Positions 13,672 through 28,600 of a stretch of 64,000 bases of DNA are shown here, one piece after another. Made by a program: the position numbers and the translations under genes. The notes beneath the pieces are model-generated. The model worked only from the letters and a program-made list of their open reading frames with translations. It searched no databases and was not told where the DNA came from. Within the stretch, counting starts at the first letter, position 1; every line of letters begins with the position of its first letter. Source of the stretch: Phoronis australis (Eukaryota > Animalia > Phoronida); NCBI GenBank assembly GCA_002633005.1, contig NMRA01000634.1, positions 1 through 64,000 on the forward strand. The letters are read 5' to 3'.

Positions 13672-16600
13672 GTAGGTGAATGGTATGAACCCCTGGAAGA
13701 GGCGTGCGAAAGTTACGGAAATTTGTTTTAGTAAAAAGATGACGTGAAATTATTTAAAGATTCTGATAGTACATGAACGTGGCGTTTATACTGCGCTGAA
13801 ACAGAGGTCTGTAAAACGGAAACTCGTAGGTAATCGTTTGGGACGAGCTTAAAAGGTGTCTAGTCTTGAAGTATCGCTGAATTTTCATTATTTTGATATT
13901 TTGATATTTACCGAATATAAATCTGAAAAAATGTAGGTGTCACCGTATTGGTTTTATGGTAAGAACCGCCGTCGATTTTTATATAACGCTTAATTTTGAT
14001 GCCATACTACGTGTTTGCATTGAAATAGGAAAAATGTTAGGTTCATAGACTCAGTTTCTGAGCAATTTTATTCCAAACATTTTTACACAAGAATATGCAA
14101 TTTAGGCTACGAATACCCCGCTTAATTTTACTGGATGACGATTATCAGATACAGGTGTATCTCATAAAAACGCAGACCGGACAATGCGTGTTCCTTGACA
14201 CCGCGTCGTCAGCGCAGAATGCAAATTAGCTCCATTCAATTGCCCCAGTGAATGCGAGACTGAGCGTTCTCTCTGGCAAGCGATCAGAAATGACGAAACT
14301 AAGACGGGATTGCTGAATTGAAATATTTTATTGTGAAAAGTACAGTTGCGTACTATGTTTTGTTTTATTTCTCGCGTCTGTTATGGGTTCAGAGATAGAC
14401 GTCGTTTCACACTTTACACATTTAATCACTGAATGATACGTTAAGCAATGTATTAATTCTGATGTCAAAATCATTAATTTGAACGAGTTACAACTTAATT
14501 CATGTTCGTTGATGCTAACGTCTTAATTGAACAGTTTCATTATCTTAACAGGCTATTACTTTATAAAGTATTCGAGTAAATCCGTTGACACCAACCCTGG
14601 TGACGAAGAGACACACTGGGCAGTGACAGTGTCACAGTGTGAGCGCCTCTGTGAACAGTGGTCGCTATGCAAGTCATTTACCTACAGTGCTGCAGACGGG
14701 AATTGCACACTATACAAACAAGACAGGAACTACTTTATAGGGGCCGGAGATTATGTCACCCAGACGGGAGTCGACTTTCACGATAGGGGTAATATTGATT
14801 TTAATGTCATGGATTCTCATGAAGTTAATGAAGTGCAAGCTTAATCATTTCCTATAACATGCAACTGTTACAGTCTAACAGTTTATGTTATAAACTATTC
14901 AGGACATCCTTGGTATGGACTTCAGTGCATGATAAATATTAATTGTATGGTTTGGTAACCTGCTTGATAATTTTCAATAGGAAGTGGTGAAAGAAGTGTT
15001 CTTTTAAAGGCATATCGAGCCCTTCGACGGTGGGTGCTTTGGTAGCATGTGTAGCAATTTCGAAACCTTGTTACACTCGGTGACGATGTCGTTTCTTCAG
15101 AGTTTTGTTTTGACACGGGTCATAAAACATCAAGTCAGGAAATAAGGCGTCCTTACGTTATTTACTTTAAACTTTGAAATTTTTGCCTGCCAATGTTGGC
15201 TGAATATGCCTTGAACTAACTGCTGATAGTTGATTTAATATAATGTGTATGGTTTACGAGAGCTGGGAAGCATCGTAAAAATATCGTAAATGGACTGTGT
15301 ATTGAATAGCCATCTTGGTTGCTTTATGAGGGCATACAAGGCAGGTTTACTGGACTGCAGGCAGGAATTCCATCTCTTGCTGGTTTTCAATCGCCTACGC
15401 CTGTTGTCCAAAGTTTTGTTCACCATAAACTACTCCAATTGGCTATGCATTTCAGATACCATCAGGCACGGGTGCTGGGCAACCAGTTCCCAGTTGCATG
15501 AAATAGTCTCAAATAGCGACTCCACTATGTTCCCTAAATCTATTGCGTATTTGTGAATTTTCTATGTAAAACTCAATATTATTGAAAATAAGAAGGAATC
15601 TTTTCATGACACCTTCCTCTACAAAAAGCTGGATACAGCTGTGTTCACATTCCAAGCCTCGAATTCGACTTCCTCAACTGTCAAAGACAAATCATCATGG
15701 CAAGAACAGTGTATTTTGATCTGGTTATTTGAGAGAATAATACAATAAAGAAAAATATGTTCAGATGAGTTATTCGATTCATACTTTCGAAAAGGTCTAA
15801 TTATCTCACACGGAGAATGTTTCAGTGGGTTTTCGTAGTGTTTTCAAATGTGCTTAAGAAGATTGCACTAAGTCTTTCACTTATGGGAGTGTTTACATAA
15901 CGACCAGTTTCGAAGTGCAATGGGAGATTTCATGCTTTAAAATGAGCCAAAAAGATCGCTCCGATGGAGATTAATTAAGCTTCGCCTACGTTTCAGTTAA
16001 AAACTCGTCCTTAAATAAAATGTGGGTTCTGAACTTGGGTTTTGTTACAACAGACTCAGTCCAAACATGTTTCGAATATTCAAATACTTTGATTCTAGAA
16101 TCTACTATGTTATAAGTAGTCAAATTTTGAAAACGGGATTGCATGGCAGTTATGTTAAACAAATTTTTGATACCGTCTATCCAACCATTTCTACTAACAC
16201 AGTACTCCCTTAGAAAAACCTTTTTCAGTAACCTACCATTCCCTTTGGTCACTAATGCACATTCCATTTATTGCCTGATGCTGAGACCTGCAGTCTCGAA
16301 ACGAGCTAGAAGTGGTTTATTTTTTTGTTGTTTGTTATGTTTCCCGGCGTTTTGCCACATAGTTGCACACCTGAACAAAGGAGATTGTTTCGACACTACT
16401 GTACCGAAAAAAGTTTAGTCCGTTAGATGGATGTTACTTGCGTAATTGTCTAATCTTTTTATAGCGGCATTAAACCCTTACTTTCTGTAAAAACAAGTTT
16501 TGATTTGAGCCTCTTACCGTTATAAACTTGGCCTTTCTGTTCCTTACTCAGTTTAGAAGTGATCTCTGAACTGACAGATTATTTCTTCAGTGCAAACTCT

Positions 16601-19600
16601 CCGTCTGACCAGAAATAATAGCCAGTTTTTTCAAAGCCAAGAGATCGCACTTACTTTAACTAAGGAAAAATTTGAGTTTAAATTCATAACATAAAATGGC
16701 CAAAATAAATGTTTTGAACAGAGCACCTCCTACACCTACATCAATGTTCAGTTTACAGTCACTGCCGCTCCAAATTTCGAGATAACTCCCTCGGTAGCCA
16801 TAGTTTTCAACCCTCTCCAATAGCCGTGACTGTTGTCGAACTTCTCCACTAAGCACCCATAGTTTATGTATATCTCTAAACAAGCCAAATTAAATGGATA
16901 ATACGGCACAAACTGTCCCTCATGTGCGTATCTGTAATTGGTTTTTTGAAATCACCGATACGAACTTACTGATCACATACCCTATTTTCTTGATTTTAGT
17001 CACGAGCTGTTACTTCGAAAAAATTGTCGATAGCTCTTTGGGCTTTGTGAACAAAACTACATCTGCAGCGGATTACCTCGTTTGCCAGCAACACTGCCTT
17101 GATGAAACAACGTTTGACTGTAAATCAGTGAACTATTATACCAGCACGTCCACCTGTGAATTGAATCATGAAAATCTTGAAACTGTTACATCAGCCGGTC
17201 AGTGGAACCAGGATACAAGCTCACAGTATTATGACAAGATATGTCCAGATAATCGTAAGCACGATTTATCTTTACTTTTTCTCAAACGACATGCTAAATA
17301 AAGTTTTTGAATTGGTCAAACTCGGTATCTTTCTGTAATAGAAATCGCACAACTGACAGAAATGATTTAAAATCAATTTTGTGTTATGCATTAATAACAT
17401 CTATTGTCTTTAGGCTGAACGATAAGTAAAATTCAAGGGAAATACACGCAACCGTTAGAATTACGACTACGTGTACTTTGTCATTAGATATCTATGTGCC
17501 TGTGACAAAACTACAGAAAATATTGGACGAGCGTCGTGTTACGATAGGTTGTTTGGTCTTTGTTTATTACTGTACTTTCTACCAATGTATTCGGCCTCTT
17601 TAGTGAAGTAAGTGCACGGGTATAGTTCAATGCATGAGCTTGACAATTGTGTTTCACGATTCCTGAAAACATGAAACACCACTTCTCGTTGCATGGTAGC
17701 ATGTCAAAGCGGTTGGTTTACATGGCGCGGGCAGTGTTACAAGTTTGTCGCAGAAACAACTATTGCACAGTCTGGCAACACGTGGCTTAATGCTATCGAC
17801 AAGTGCACGGCGGAGTCCAGCGTTTTAACAAGTATAAACAGTCCACAGGAAATGGATTTCATAGCATCCGTTGCAACGTAAGTTTTTGTTTGTTCGAAGG
17901 AGTAAATATGAATGTAGAGTTCGATAAAAGATCCAGGATGTTTCAGCTCTGCGATCTCAACCAATTAGTCTATGACAAGGTGTTTATTCGCTTTAGACGT
18001 TTCCTGAGTTAAAATCAATTATCACTTTTACTCAGTTCATCAAAATCAATAGAAAGAATCGTTTGCTGACAAAACTACGTTAACTATATGGCTAGGTAAT
18101 CGATTGGGAGTAATACCTTGTCAAACATTTGTCCCCTTTGTTTACTATCAGCCTTTTATTATGTCTTCAGTGGCGTAGGAAGCACTTTTGTACTTTTTGT
18201 TCGGCAAGTGGCCGACGAAGTCGTAAGTGTAAATGAAGAGGACCTGGGAGGTATAATCCCTCCCGTAGAATTTTAAAAAATTAATCTGCAGTCTACAGAT
18301 CGCGAAACTCCTTTTGCCGTACTTTATGGAGAATATTGGTCCGGCCGCCATGCCTACACATGGGCGGCGCAGCACTGAAAAAAGTGGGGAGCTAAAGCCC
18401 CCTCAGCCTCGTGGTGCACCGCCTATAGATCATGTGCGGCGTAGCACTGTAAAAAGTGTGGGGCGATAGCCCCCCCCAAGCCCCCTATGATGCGCCCCCC
18501 CCCATGCAGTACAGGACTAATCCCAGGGGTCATGGTCTGTACAAGGAACTGAAGGAATGGAATGTCAACTCCCGCGCGCAACCCATAAATTTTAGTCTTA
18601 GCGCTTGAGACCCCAGGATTTCACGGTGCTAGCTACGAGAATTTGCAATGTGTATTTCCGGTTGTTCGCTCGACTAATTTGTAATCGAGTGCTGTAGTTA
18701 TCAAATCAAGCCTAATTTCATTGCTTCATTTTCATTTTGTTATTTTTGTTCATTATGAAATCGTCAAGCGAGATTCTTGAAGCACCGTGCCAGACAAACA
18801 TTGATTTCACGACAAAGTTAGGCAACAAACCCGTCTGGCCATTCGTTGTGCCCACTGACCCGTAGCTGTGAGTGGATAACGGGAGTAGTCTGACATCTGA
18901 TATCTTTTTTCAGCTCCAGTCATATAAAGCCCTCTGTATTGCGGTGATAATCGGGATGCTCCTTCACGACTCTTTGGAATATCTTTCAATATTTTGTAAC
19001 TTTACTATAAATGATGTCGGCGACCTCCTTTTGTTGAACTCCTGGTACTACTTAGTACTAGTACTAGTACTCAGTACTACTAATAAGTACTAGTGCATAC
19101 AATGCATGAGGTGATGTACCGGGCTTTATCAATTATCGAAAAACTGTTATGAAGGTAATATTCATGGTTTCATGACTGTGTTAACACTTACGTCGACAGT
19201 CTCATTGGTTAACAAATTTCTGCACTTATTGTTTGCGACAAACCTTTGTTGACATGAAACCTGATAAATCAGCTGACAAGTGCAAGGTTGCTTGCCTAGT
19301 GTGTTTTCAGTGCAAGACTTAACAAAACTGAAACCAAAAAAATTAAATTGCAGGCTGCCTATTGTCACTGAATGTATTTGAACCTAATAGGTATTTTTCA
19401 ATGAAATTTAATGTTATTCTACTCGGAAAACTATTACCAGCTATTCGAATTTCAAATGTTAATTTTAATTTTTCTTATATTATTTCATAACTCAAGTTTC
19501 AATTGCTTTAATTCTGATCAGGACCCACTGAGAGTACAGTATCCTCACAATGAAGAAGTTTCCGTCACGAATTAAAAGTATATCCTACTACTAAGGTTAG

Positions 19601-22600
19601 CCATTCAAAAATAAGACTGCTGTGAATCTAACAATTTTCTAGGATCACGTTTGACATTCAATTTTTGAGGAAATCGATATCTAAAAATACTGTAGTTGGC
19701 TAAGAGCTGCGAAAACGTTGACATGGTTACGCCTCAGATACGCCATCCAAGTTGTTGCGCAAATGGGAGATGGCAACGTTATCCCCTGACCCAGGCAGCA
19801 ATAATTCCTAGAGTCTTATGGTCTGCAAACGTGCGCTGTGAAATGTAACAATTCGTAAAATGTAACAACTGTTACATTTACGTCATTATTACATTTTACG
19901 TTGCTAACCCTCTCCTAAAATGTAACAAGTTGTTACGTTTTACGTAGTTGTTACATTTCACGTCGAATGCACATTCGAGAAATGTGCCATTGTTACATTT
20001 TTCGAAACCAACGTCATATTGCATAGAAAATGACCAAAATCACGAACAAGTGGTATCTGACACGGCCGGGGGCACTGGAGTATTTTGGACAAGGGGTGAC
20101 GCCCGAAAAACTTGAATACCAACTCTTTTAGAGAGCGGGATAAGACAAAAAAGTGACGCATTTAGAGATTAATTTGTATAAAAATGTACATTTTCGCACA
20201 GTCCTGATCCAGAAATTCAAGAAAGGCTCCTTTTAGATATAATTTTGTCGAAAATGGCACCATTTTGGAGAGTGTTGTTTCTGTGAAAAAAAAACACCCT
20301 TTTGGGAGCCACTTTTCGTATACCTCTTCTGTAGGAATGCACTCCAGACTGACACGACATGAATTTGGCTACCTATTATCACTTTTATTAGTATTACACT
20401 ACTATTACTGCTATTACTACCTTAACTGCCTTTACTGCTATTACTATCGTCATTACCATTACTCGTCTTCACTCTAGGTGTTATTATTATTTTTAATATT
20501 TTCAAATTTATTTAACGAGGACATAAAACATGTTTGGGAAAGTGCTAATACATCATGGTCCTCAAAGTTTTTAAAATCATCTCATTTATGGTTCAATCTT
20601 TTCATCGGGCTTTCCATAGTGGACAGGGAGTGCTATTCCAAAAGAATATTAAGGGGGTTCCTATATGTTCAGCCTTAACGATAATGTGAGAAACGTCTTG
20701 ACAACTATGGATGCAGAATAGGTCTACTTTTTGGAAAACAGGAGGTTGAGAATTAAATTCTTGTTTAGACGTGCATCAACTTCAAAATTTTATTATTTCT
20801 GAACTATTGGAAAGCACTGTATTGTTTGTAAATATAACTATATCTATCCGTAATTTGCTGCGAAGTGCATAATACAGACTGCAATGTTGTACTCGCGACA
20901 TCAAAACGTGAGGATAGCCACCGTGTAATCAATTTTATCTCTTGTTGAAAACATTCCTTTTCAAAGAACTGGGGATTTTTCGCGATGATGTTTAAGTTCA
21001 AAAACTGTGTTAAGTTGAACGCTGGAAACAAACATTTTTCGGGAACTAACCACTAGTTGGCTACGGTCACCGAATCATTAGAATATCTGGTAACAGACAT
21101 ATAAAACACGCAACCATCTTATGTTCTTGGAAAAACACAGTGATATAACAAAGTGATTTGAACAAGGTTTCATTGATAGTGGATTGTATGGAGCAAATAC
21201 GGCCAACGTCGAAGTCAGCCATGTTTAATACGAGCTCATGCAATGCATCAAAAGGGTTAATATAGCAAATACCCTAATCTGCGAGTTGCAACACTTCATG
21301 TCCATTAATAATAGAATTCCAATCTTTGTCTTTATTTATATGATTGTGCTTTTAACTAATGAACATTTGACCAAATAGCAATTTTAATAGAACGAGAAAG
21401 TGCATACTTTTGTAGTCCAAAAGGCCGACAGTCAGCTTTTTTGCCGAACTATTGTCCCTTTAAACTACCGGCCTGGACCAGGTTTGAGCAAAATGATCAT
21501 GTCATTTCAGAGTGCAAAGGATTTTCTATTTCCCCAGCTAGGCATCTCATTAGGTGTACGTGTCACGGTTTGATCTGTTGTTATCACCGCTATTTCAGAC
21601 AGGTTTGACATCATATGAACAATGGTATTTCTCTCAGATTTTAAGCTGTATAAACCACACTACTATACCGCCACTTTTTAAACTGTTGATTCGCCCCTTT
21701 CAAAGGCGATATTTTACTGTTGATTTGGAAAAATCTGTCAACATGTCGGCTAATAAATGCGTGCTTTTATTTCTTTCCACCACAATGTCTAAGAAATTGT
21801 CATTCGTGGTGGACAGAACACGTTGGCATCAGAAACTTTGGTTTTGCTCCTTTTGTGTGGAGCAGGGCAATTAATGCATTAGCGATGACTCCAAGGCAAT
21901 AAAACACTGGCCGAAATAAACCAAACTATCGTGAACTAAAACGGGAGTTTTTTGTATCCAATTGGCTTCCTAAATAGAATTCGCCATGAAAAGTTTTGTT
22001 ATTGTCGTTTGTTCCCGAAGAAATACGATAAATATTAGCCATATACGATGTCATTGTTGTGCTTACCAAGGACAGTGTGTTTACTGTAATGACGGGTAAA
22101 CAATTGGTTTATGACCTGCACGTGTCAACAAAAGATTGCAAGAACGCTTTTCGATTAAAAAACTTGATGCTTAAACCTGGAAATTGTTTCGTGTGGAGTT
22201 TAAACTGTACGCTTTACATTTTGACTATTCCATAAAACTACTCAGACACGTTAAAAAACATGGAAAGCACACAGGGACACATCTAAAAATTCGACCTGGC
22301 ATATTTCATCGAATTTCGTTCACCCAATCCGAGAAAGAAGGCGTTAAGTGTGTGTGAACGGCTTTCCTCCGTGTGAAAAATATGCAAACTCATGAAGTAT
22401 GGCGTCGCTATCGCAAAATGTAACAATGGTACATATCTCGCATTTGCATTCGACATAAATTGTAACAATCACATAAAATGTAACAACGTAAAATGTAACA
22501 ATGACAAAAAAATGTAACAGTTGTTTTATTTTACGAAATTGTTACATTTTACGGCGTATAATCGCTGCAACCGGTTGATAGGATCAGTAGTTTTGCTACG

Positions 22601-25600
22601 TGGCTCTTTAAAATTTAAAAAGAGCCTACAAATGTGTCACCATTGGGATAAAAGCGTATATCGTCAATTGTTACAGAAAACATTACCCGAACAACGAGTT
22701 TTTTATCGGCCTGTCATACGGTGTCCATGGTAACGAGTGGATTGACGGGTCTGCGACCTTCTACACAAACTTCGACCATGGTGAGTATAATCCTCTTCTG
22801 AACAGCGTGAGACCTTCGCATGACCAAAGACATCGACAGTCTTTGCAAACATTTGATGGTTTGTTGCTGATAAGATATCATTCACACATGTTTCTTATTA
22901 ATTTTTGCGCTTACTGTTTTTGAAATGCCGCAGCGCAGCTTCCCTGGATTCAACCCTCCTTTTTGCGGAGGTGGACAAACGCATTGCATGATTGATTTAG
23001 TTGCCGAAATGTAAGTCTCTTGACAAACATCCTGAGTTCCTGAGCTGCGTTGCACATATGAAGAACGGTTCATCCCACCCCTCGCGGCTTTTCAACTTTT
23101 GTGTCCGCACTGCGAAACAAATTCCAGCTTTTTGGATCTATAATTACTAATAGTGAACCGATTTTGATGTAAAATGTAAAACAGAGGAGTGCCGGCATTT
23201 TGGGTAAGAACTGCAGAATCAAAGAAGGCTTGGCACTATTAGGAAGTGACTAGAAGATCACATCGAAAGGGCGGATCTCAAACTGCTAAAAATCTTGTCT
23301 TAGGAGACAAATCGAGCCGTAAAACCAACCAACGAACTTGGATCCTGGTATACATGTTGTGAAGCTACACATAATAGACTCACCGTATTAGTTTCAAATC
23401 TCTACGACTTTTCCACCCGAATAATACGTATCCAACAAGAAGTTTTTTAATGATGGCAACACTTTATTTCCATCATATCTTTAAAATATCACTCAAGTGC
23501 AATTCCCAAAATGTCCATATTTACAAAACAAGTCGTTTACATATGAATGCTTATACAGCGCATGTTTTGGTGTAGCTTGGACATACAAGTTTTTCGCTTC
23601 AGCTTTGAAAACGAGGTCAACGTTATCAAATTTGGCGCCTTTGGTATAAAACATGAACAAAATGTGAATCTTGCTTCTTCAGATATCGTGCCAACGACAT
23701 TCTCCAATTCGAACTTTTACATTTCTTGTAGTGACCTTGAAAATGATGGCCAAGTTCTCCAAAATCGACTGGCACTTGCAGTTACTCACCTGCGCCTTGG
23801 CACAAAGTACAAATACAATCTAAAGCTTCGGTCTTGAGTAATGCCGTCAACAACATTTTCCCGCGTTGAAATTCGTTTCCTTGGAGAGAAAATGTAAGAA
23901 TCAAACTAGTGATGACACACTAATTCCTTCTGTTTTTTCAGGTCATGGAGTTACCAAGAAAGTTGTTTGTTACCCAAACCAACTGTTACTGAAATGTCCT
24001 ATTGGCAAAGTTCTTCGTATACACAAGGCAAATTATGGACGAACGTCATCTAATGTTCCAAACTGCGAAGTGATTGTAAGTGCATGAAACATAACAAAAG
24101 CGAGTTAAGTTCTACGCTCAAAGGTGTAGTGCACAGGCTGCCAGGGGTAAAACAAAAATTAAAGCATCGTGGGTACAATGGAAATACACGGGAAGCTGGA
24201 TATTTGAGAAGCCGTATCAGCAGCGATATACATCGCTCGCGCGGTTAAGATTTGTGACGATAGGGGGTCGATAAGTGGTGACTAAAGTTCAGTTAAATGA
24301 AACAGTCCCAAATTTGGACTCGACAAAGATTTTTAAATCGACTGCGTATTTGTGACTTTCTTTTTTCACAGATGTATGTTTCTATCATTTTAGGCTTATT
24401 TTCAGCTCCTGTTCGGCTAATGACATTTTCTAATAATGCAACGCAAAACTGAGCCCAGTGAGTTCAGTTATAATAAATAGGTACTTAGTCCTTAAATTTA
24501 GGGCATTGCTTGAAATGATCCCTATTTATTTTCAATAATATTGAAAAGTCAACACAGACTTCACTTCTGATTTGCAACAAAGTCATAGATTGACTTAGTA
24601 ATGAAACTAAAACAGCATAAGAAAGGACAATCGGCGTTTTCACAAGTCACCAAATCCGCAATGGATTTTGGGAACTTAGTTGAGTCTCTATTTAGGACTG
24701 TTTCATACAACCAGGCACAGACAGTTTTGTGGCTACCCGTGTGGTGAAATTGGTGGTGACCAGACGGTGATTGGTAGCAACTGGGTTTGCGGATACTACA
24801 TGACGTGCCTTGGACCTAAAGTAGCCTTGTTTTGACTGGCTTTAGGCTATGCAGAATCCAGAAAAATGCTCAATTTTGGTTAAATTTGGAACTTCATATC
24901 TCAGAAATGGCTTGACGTATTCCCATGAAATTTTATATCGTGTTTTATGCACTTTTCTCCAAAACGGTGTTCAGAATTAATTTTAAAATGTTCCACCTTT
25001 TCAGGAAAGTCTATCAAAAATAGGACTTTTCAGTTTTTTTTGAAAAAATAAAGTTGTCTTAAACGGAAAACGAAATAATATTTCGAAGAACGGTAACTCA
25101 GTACGGCGTTTTTGAGATGTTATCTTGAACATTTACATCATAGGAAATTTGCACGTTATTGACTTCGCTGTTTTACTTCGAATGTACGCCTATTGTTCCA
25201 CGAAATTTTACTTTTTAGAAAATATGTTCTAATATATATATATATATATTATATTCTGTGGTTGTTTACGTATTTGGCTAAATGTGCACTTTTGTCTATA
25301 AGGTCATGCTTAACCTCAATGACATTTTACTTAACCTCAATGATATTTGTGCTGCATTGTTTTCCGGTAGAAACACATGGTCGACTGTATCTCTCCGTCC
25401 AGCTTCACCATTATTCACAACGCTTGTCACAACAAGACTTCGTGCTCAGTTGAACAATCAACCGCAGTGTTTGGCGATCCCTGTGTTGGAGAAAGAAAAT
25501 ACATCGAAGTGGACTACGACTGTGTTGAAGGTATACCTAGATCATGTTCCGAAATCATTTTAAGGCCACATTAAAGACACTCTTTCCTGTTTTTGCAATT

Positions 25601-28600
25601 TTAGAACGAAAATTTCATTAACCAAGAGATGTCATTGAAATAGGAACAGTTTGTAAATTACAACCCTCAGCTGTTGACCTGATTGTGTATTCGGAGTGTT
25701 TACCAGTTCTTACAATTTATACCGCAAACTTCTTCTTACATCTTAGAACAAACGTGGTTTCCATTTCAGAAGTGAACACTTGTGCCGTGTTGGACCCGTC
25801 TGCTGGTTTCGCATGGAAAGGTGTGTCGTGTAACAAATCCAATGTTGGATTTGTATGCAAAAAAGGTGAGGAAGTCTGTTTGATCATAAACAATGAATTC
25901 TTCCAATGAATTTTTTGTAAAACACGTATTCCTCTTTGAGAGAATTCTGTACAAATGATCAGCCAAAATAAAAGTGCCCATGAAACGCTTCATCGAAGAA
26001 ACGAAATTTTGATTTAGAATACTTATTGCTATGAAATTGGTCTGAGCTTGTTTCTTACTGAGATGGGGAAGGATTTCTTAGCTTGCAACGACTTGATATT
26101 TTGTTGTTCGTTGAGACTATTCTCGGCGCATGAATTGACACGTCAACATTAGAAGATACAGTATCTCGCAGAGCTTGTTCTCAGGCAATAACGCATTGTC
26201 AATTTTTGATGCCCTGCACTGACCCCCACTTATAACTAACATTACGGCGTTTTCCCGTTGCTCCCAACTTGTTCGATTCTATAGCCCAACAACAAGATGG
26301 GAAGTTTACCCCTGTATCCAATATCTTACACGATTAGTTAACTCCATTCCGGCATTTATGGTTTGAGGGCCAGCTCTCTTTTGTTCGATAATTGCTCTTA
26401 TCTCCACTAAGATCGTATCTACAATGACTGGGCTGTGCTGTTAAAAAAGGTTAAGTTACAACATATTTGAACATAAACCAATAGCATTTCTTCGTAAAAT
26501 GGTGGTCATGTTTAGTTTTTGAATTGACAAAATCGCCCAACTGCAACCGAAGTTACGACAATCTATTCTTTCCGAGTACACCAATTCACTCCGAGTTTGA
26601 CTGTGTTCACATGTGGTCTGTAATAAGCCTCGTAGATAATTATCCTGCTTGTTGTCATAACAGACAAAAGAGTGTGCTAGGCAGTTAACAAAGAAGCTAG
26701 ATTTTATCACATGCTCAGAACCCCCTACGTCCGGTAAAGTCACTGAACGGTAAAACGCTCTCATGAGGAACAGTTCGAGACCAGTTTGATAACTGTAAGT
26801 GGTCTCAATCTTAAATTTGTGTTTTCTGAAGGAGGGTGTCTTTATTTAGCGCTTTAAACGGGCAAGGTTGTGAGATATGTGTGAACCTGACATTCGAACT
26901 CCTGACATCAAAATCAATCTACGAATCCACAGAAGTCTATGTGTCCTTGACCTCTGTCCTCAAAATCAGTTGATGTCATCTACATGTCGAAATTAACGTA
27001 CACCTGGCTTAAAGACCGCTACTCTGGGCGTTTTCTAATCAACAATCCAATGTGTCCAGGGTGAAAATCTCTGTGACCTTGAAAAAGTTGGTTTGCTGAC
27101 ATCAGCACCTTCAGGGGAAGGGATTTAAAGGCCCCGTTCAACTTCCATACCCGGCCAAGTTTGAGGACCATATCCTCAGAGTTGAGTTAATGTTCGGAGA
27201 ATATTTTCGTTGTGAATGTCAAAGTGCAGTTGCACAATCTTTACTTACCGATCTTAAAATCAATAGGGCCCATCCCCCTATGGGTGTCTGAATCAATCTT
27301 TAAACAAATTTGATGAACAGGATCTCANNNNNNNNNNNNNNNNNNNNNNNNNNNNNNNNNNNNNNNNNNNNNNNNNNNNNNNNNNNNNNNNNNNNNNNNN
27401 NNNNNNNNNNNNNNNNNNNNNNNNNNNNNNNNNNNNNNNNNNNNNNNNNNNNNNNNNNNNNNNNNNNNNNNNNNNNNTTATTTTCAGCTCCTGTTCGGCT
27501 AATGACATTTTCTAATAATGCAACGCAAAACTGAGCCCAGTGAGTTCAGTTATAATAAATAGGTACTTAGTCCTTAAATTTAGGGCGTTGCTTGAAATGA
27601 TCCCTATTTATTTTCAATAATATTGAAAAGTCAACACAGACTTCACTTCTGATTTGCAACAAAGTCATAGATTGACTTAGTAATGAAACTAAAACAGCAT
27701 AAGAAAGGACAATCGGCGTTTTCACAAATCACCAAATCCGCAATGGATTTTGGGAACTTAGTTGAGTCTCTATTTTGGACTGTTTCATACAACCAGGCAC
27801 AGACAGTTTTGTGGCTACCCGTGTGGTGAAATTGGTGGTGACCAGATGGTGATTGGTAGCAACTGGGTTTGCGGATACGACATGACGTGCCTTGGACCTA
27901 AAGTAGCCTTGTTTTGACTGGCTTTAGGCTGTGCAGAATCCAGAAAAAATGCTCAATTTTTGCTAAATTTGGAACTTCATATCTCAGAAATGGCTTGTCG
28001 TATTCCCATGAAATTTTATACCGTGTTTTATGCACTTTTCTCCAAAACGATGTTCAGAATTAATTTTAAAATGTTCCACCTTTTCAGGAAGGTCTATCAA
28101 AAATAGGAATTATCAGATTTTTGTGAAAAAATAAAGTTGTCTTAAACAGAAAACGAAATGATATTTCGAAGAACGGTAACTCAGTACGGCGTTTTTGAGA
28201 TGTTATCTTGAACATTTACATCATAGGAAATTTGCACGTTATTGATCTCGCTGTTTTACTTCGAATGTACGCCTATTGTTCCACGAAATTTTACCTTTTA
28301 GAAAATATGTACTAATATATATATATACATATACATATACATATACATATACGTATACGTATATGTATATGTATATATATATTATATTCTGTGGTTGTTT
28401 ACGTACTTGGCTAAATGTGCACTTTTGTCCATAAGGTCATGCTTAACCTCAATGACATTTTACTTAACCTCAGTGACATTTGTGCTGCATTGTTTTCCGG
28501 TAGAAACACATGGTCGACTGCATATCGCCGTCCAGTTTCACCATTATTCACAACGCTTGTCACAACAAGACTTCGTGTACAGTTGAACAATCAACCGCAG

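Larger units (their letters stand above)
24396..27327 (+). repeat. Copy 1 of a ~2.9-kb segment duplicated at 27478-31607
   Basis: Near-identical to 27478-31607 apart from substitutions, small indels and one 1177-bp insertion; ends exactly at the gap. Confidence 0.95.

Noticed and set aside
15456-15556. Possible extra phase-1 exon (tttcag|ATACC..., DTIRHGCWATSS...)
   Set aside because: No domain similarity and no convincing in-phase donor before the stop; the surrounding 14900-15800 may be decayed repeat sequence.
24725-24830. Cys/Gly/Trp-containing stretch after acag that looks exon-like
   Set aside because: Lies between the two SUEL half-exons, which already join in phase 0; no recognisable motif and flanked by repeats.
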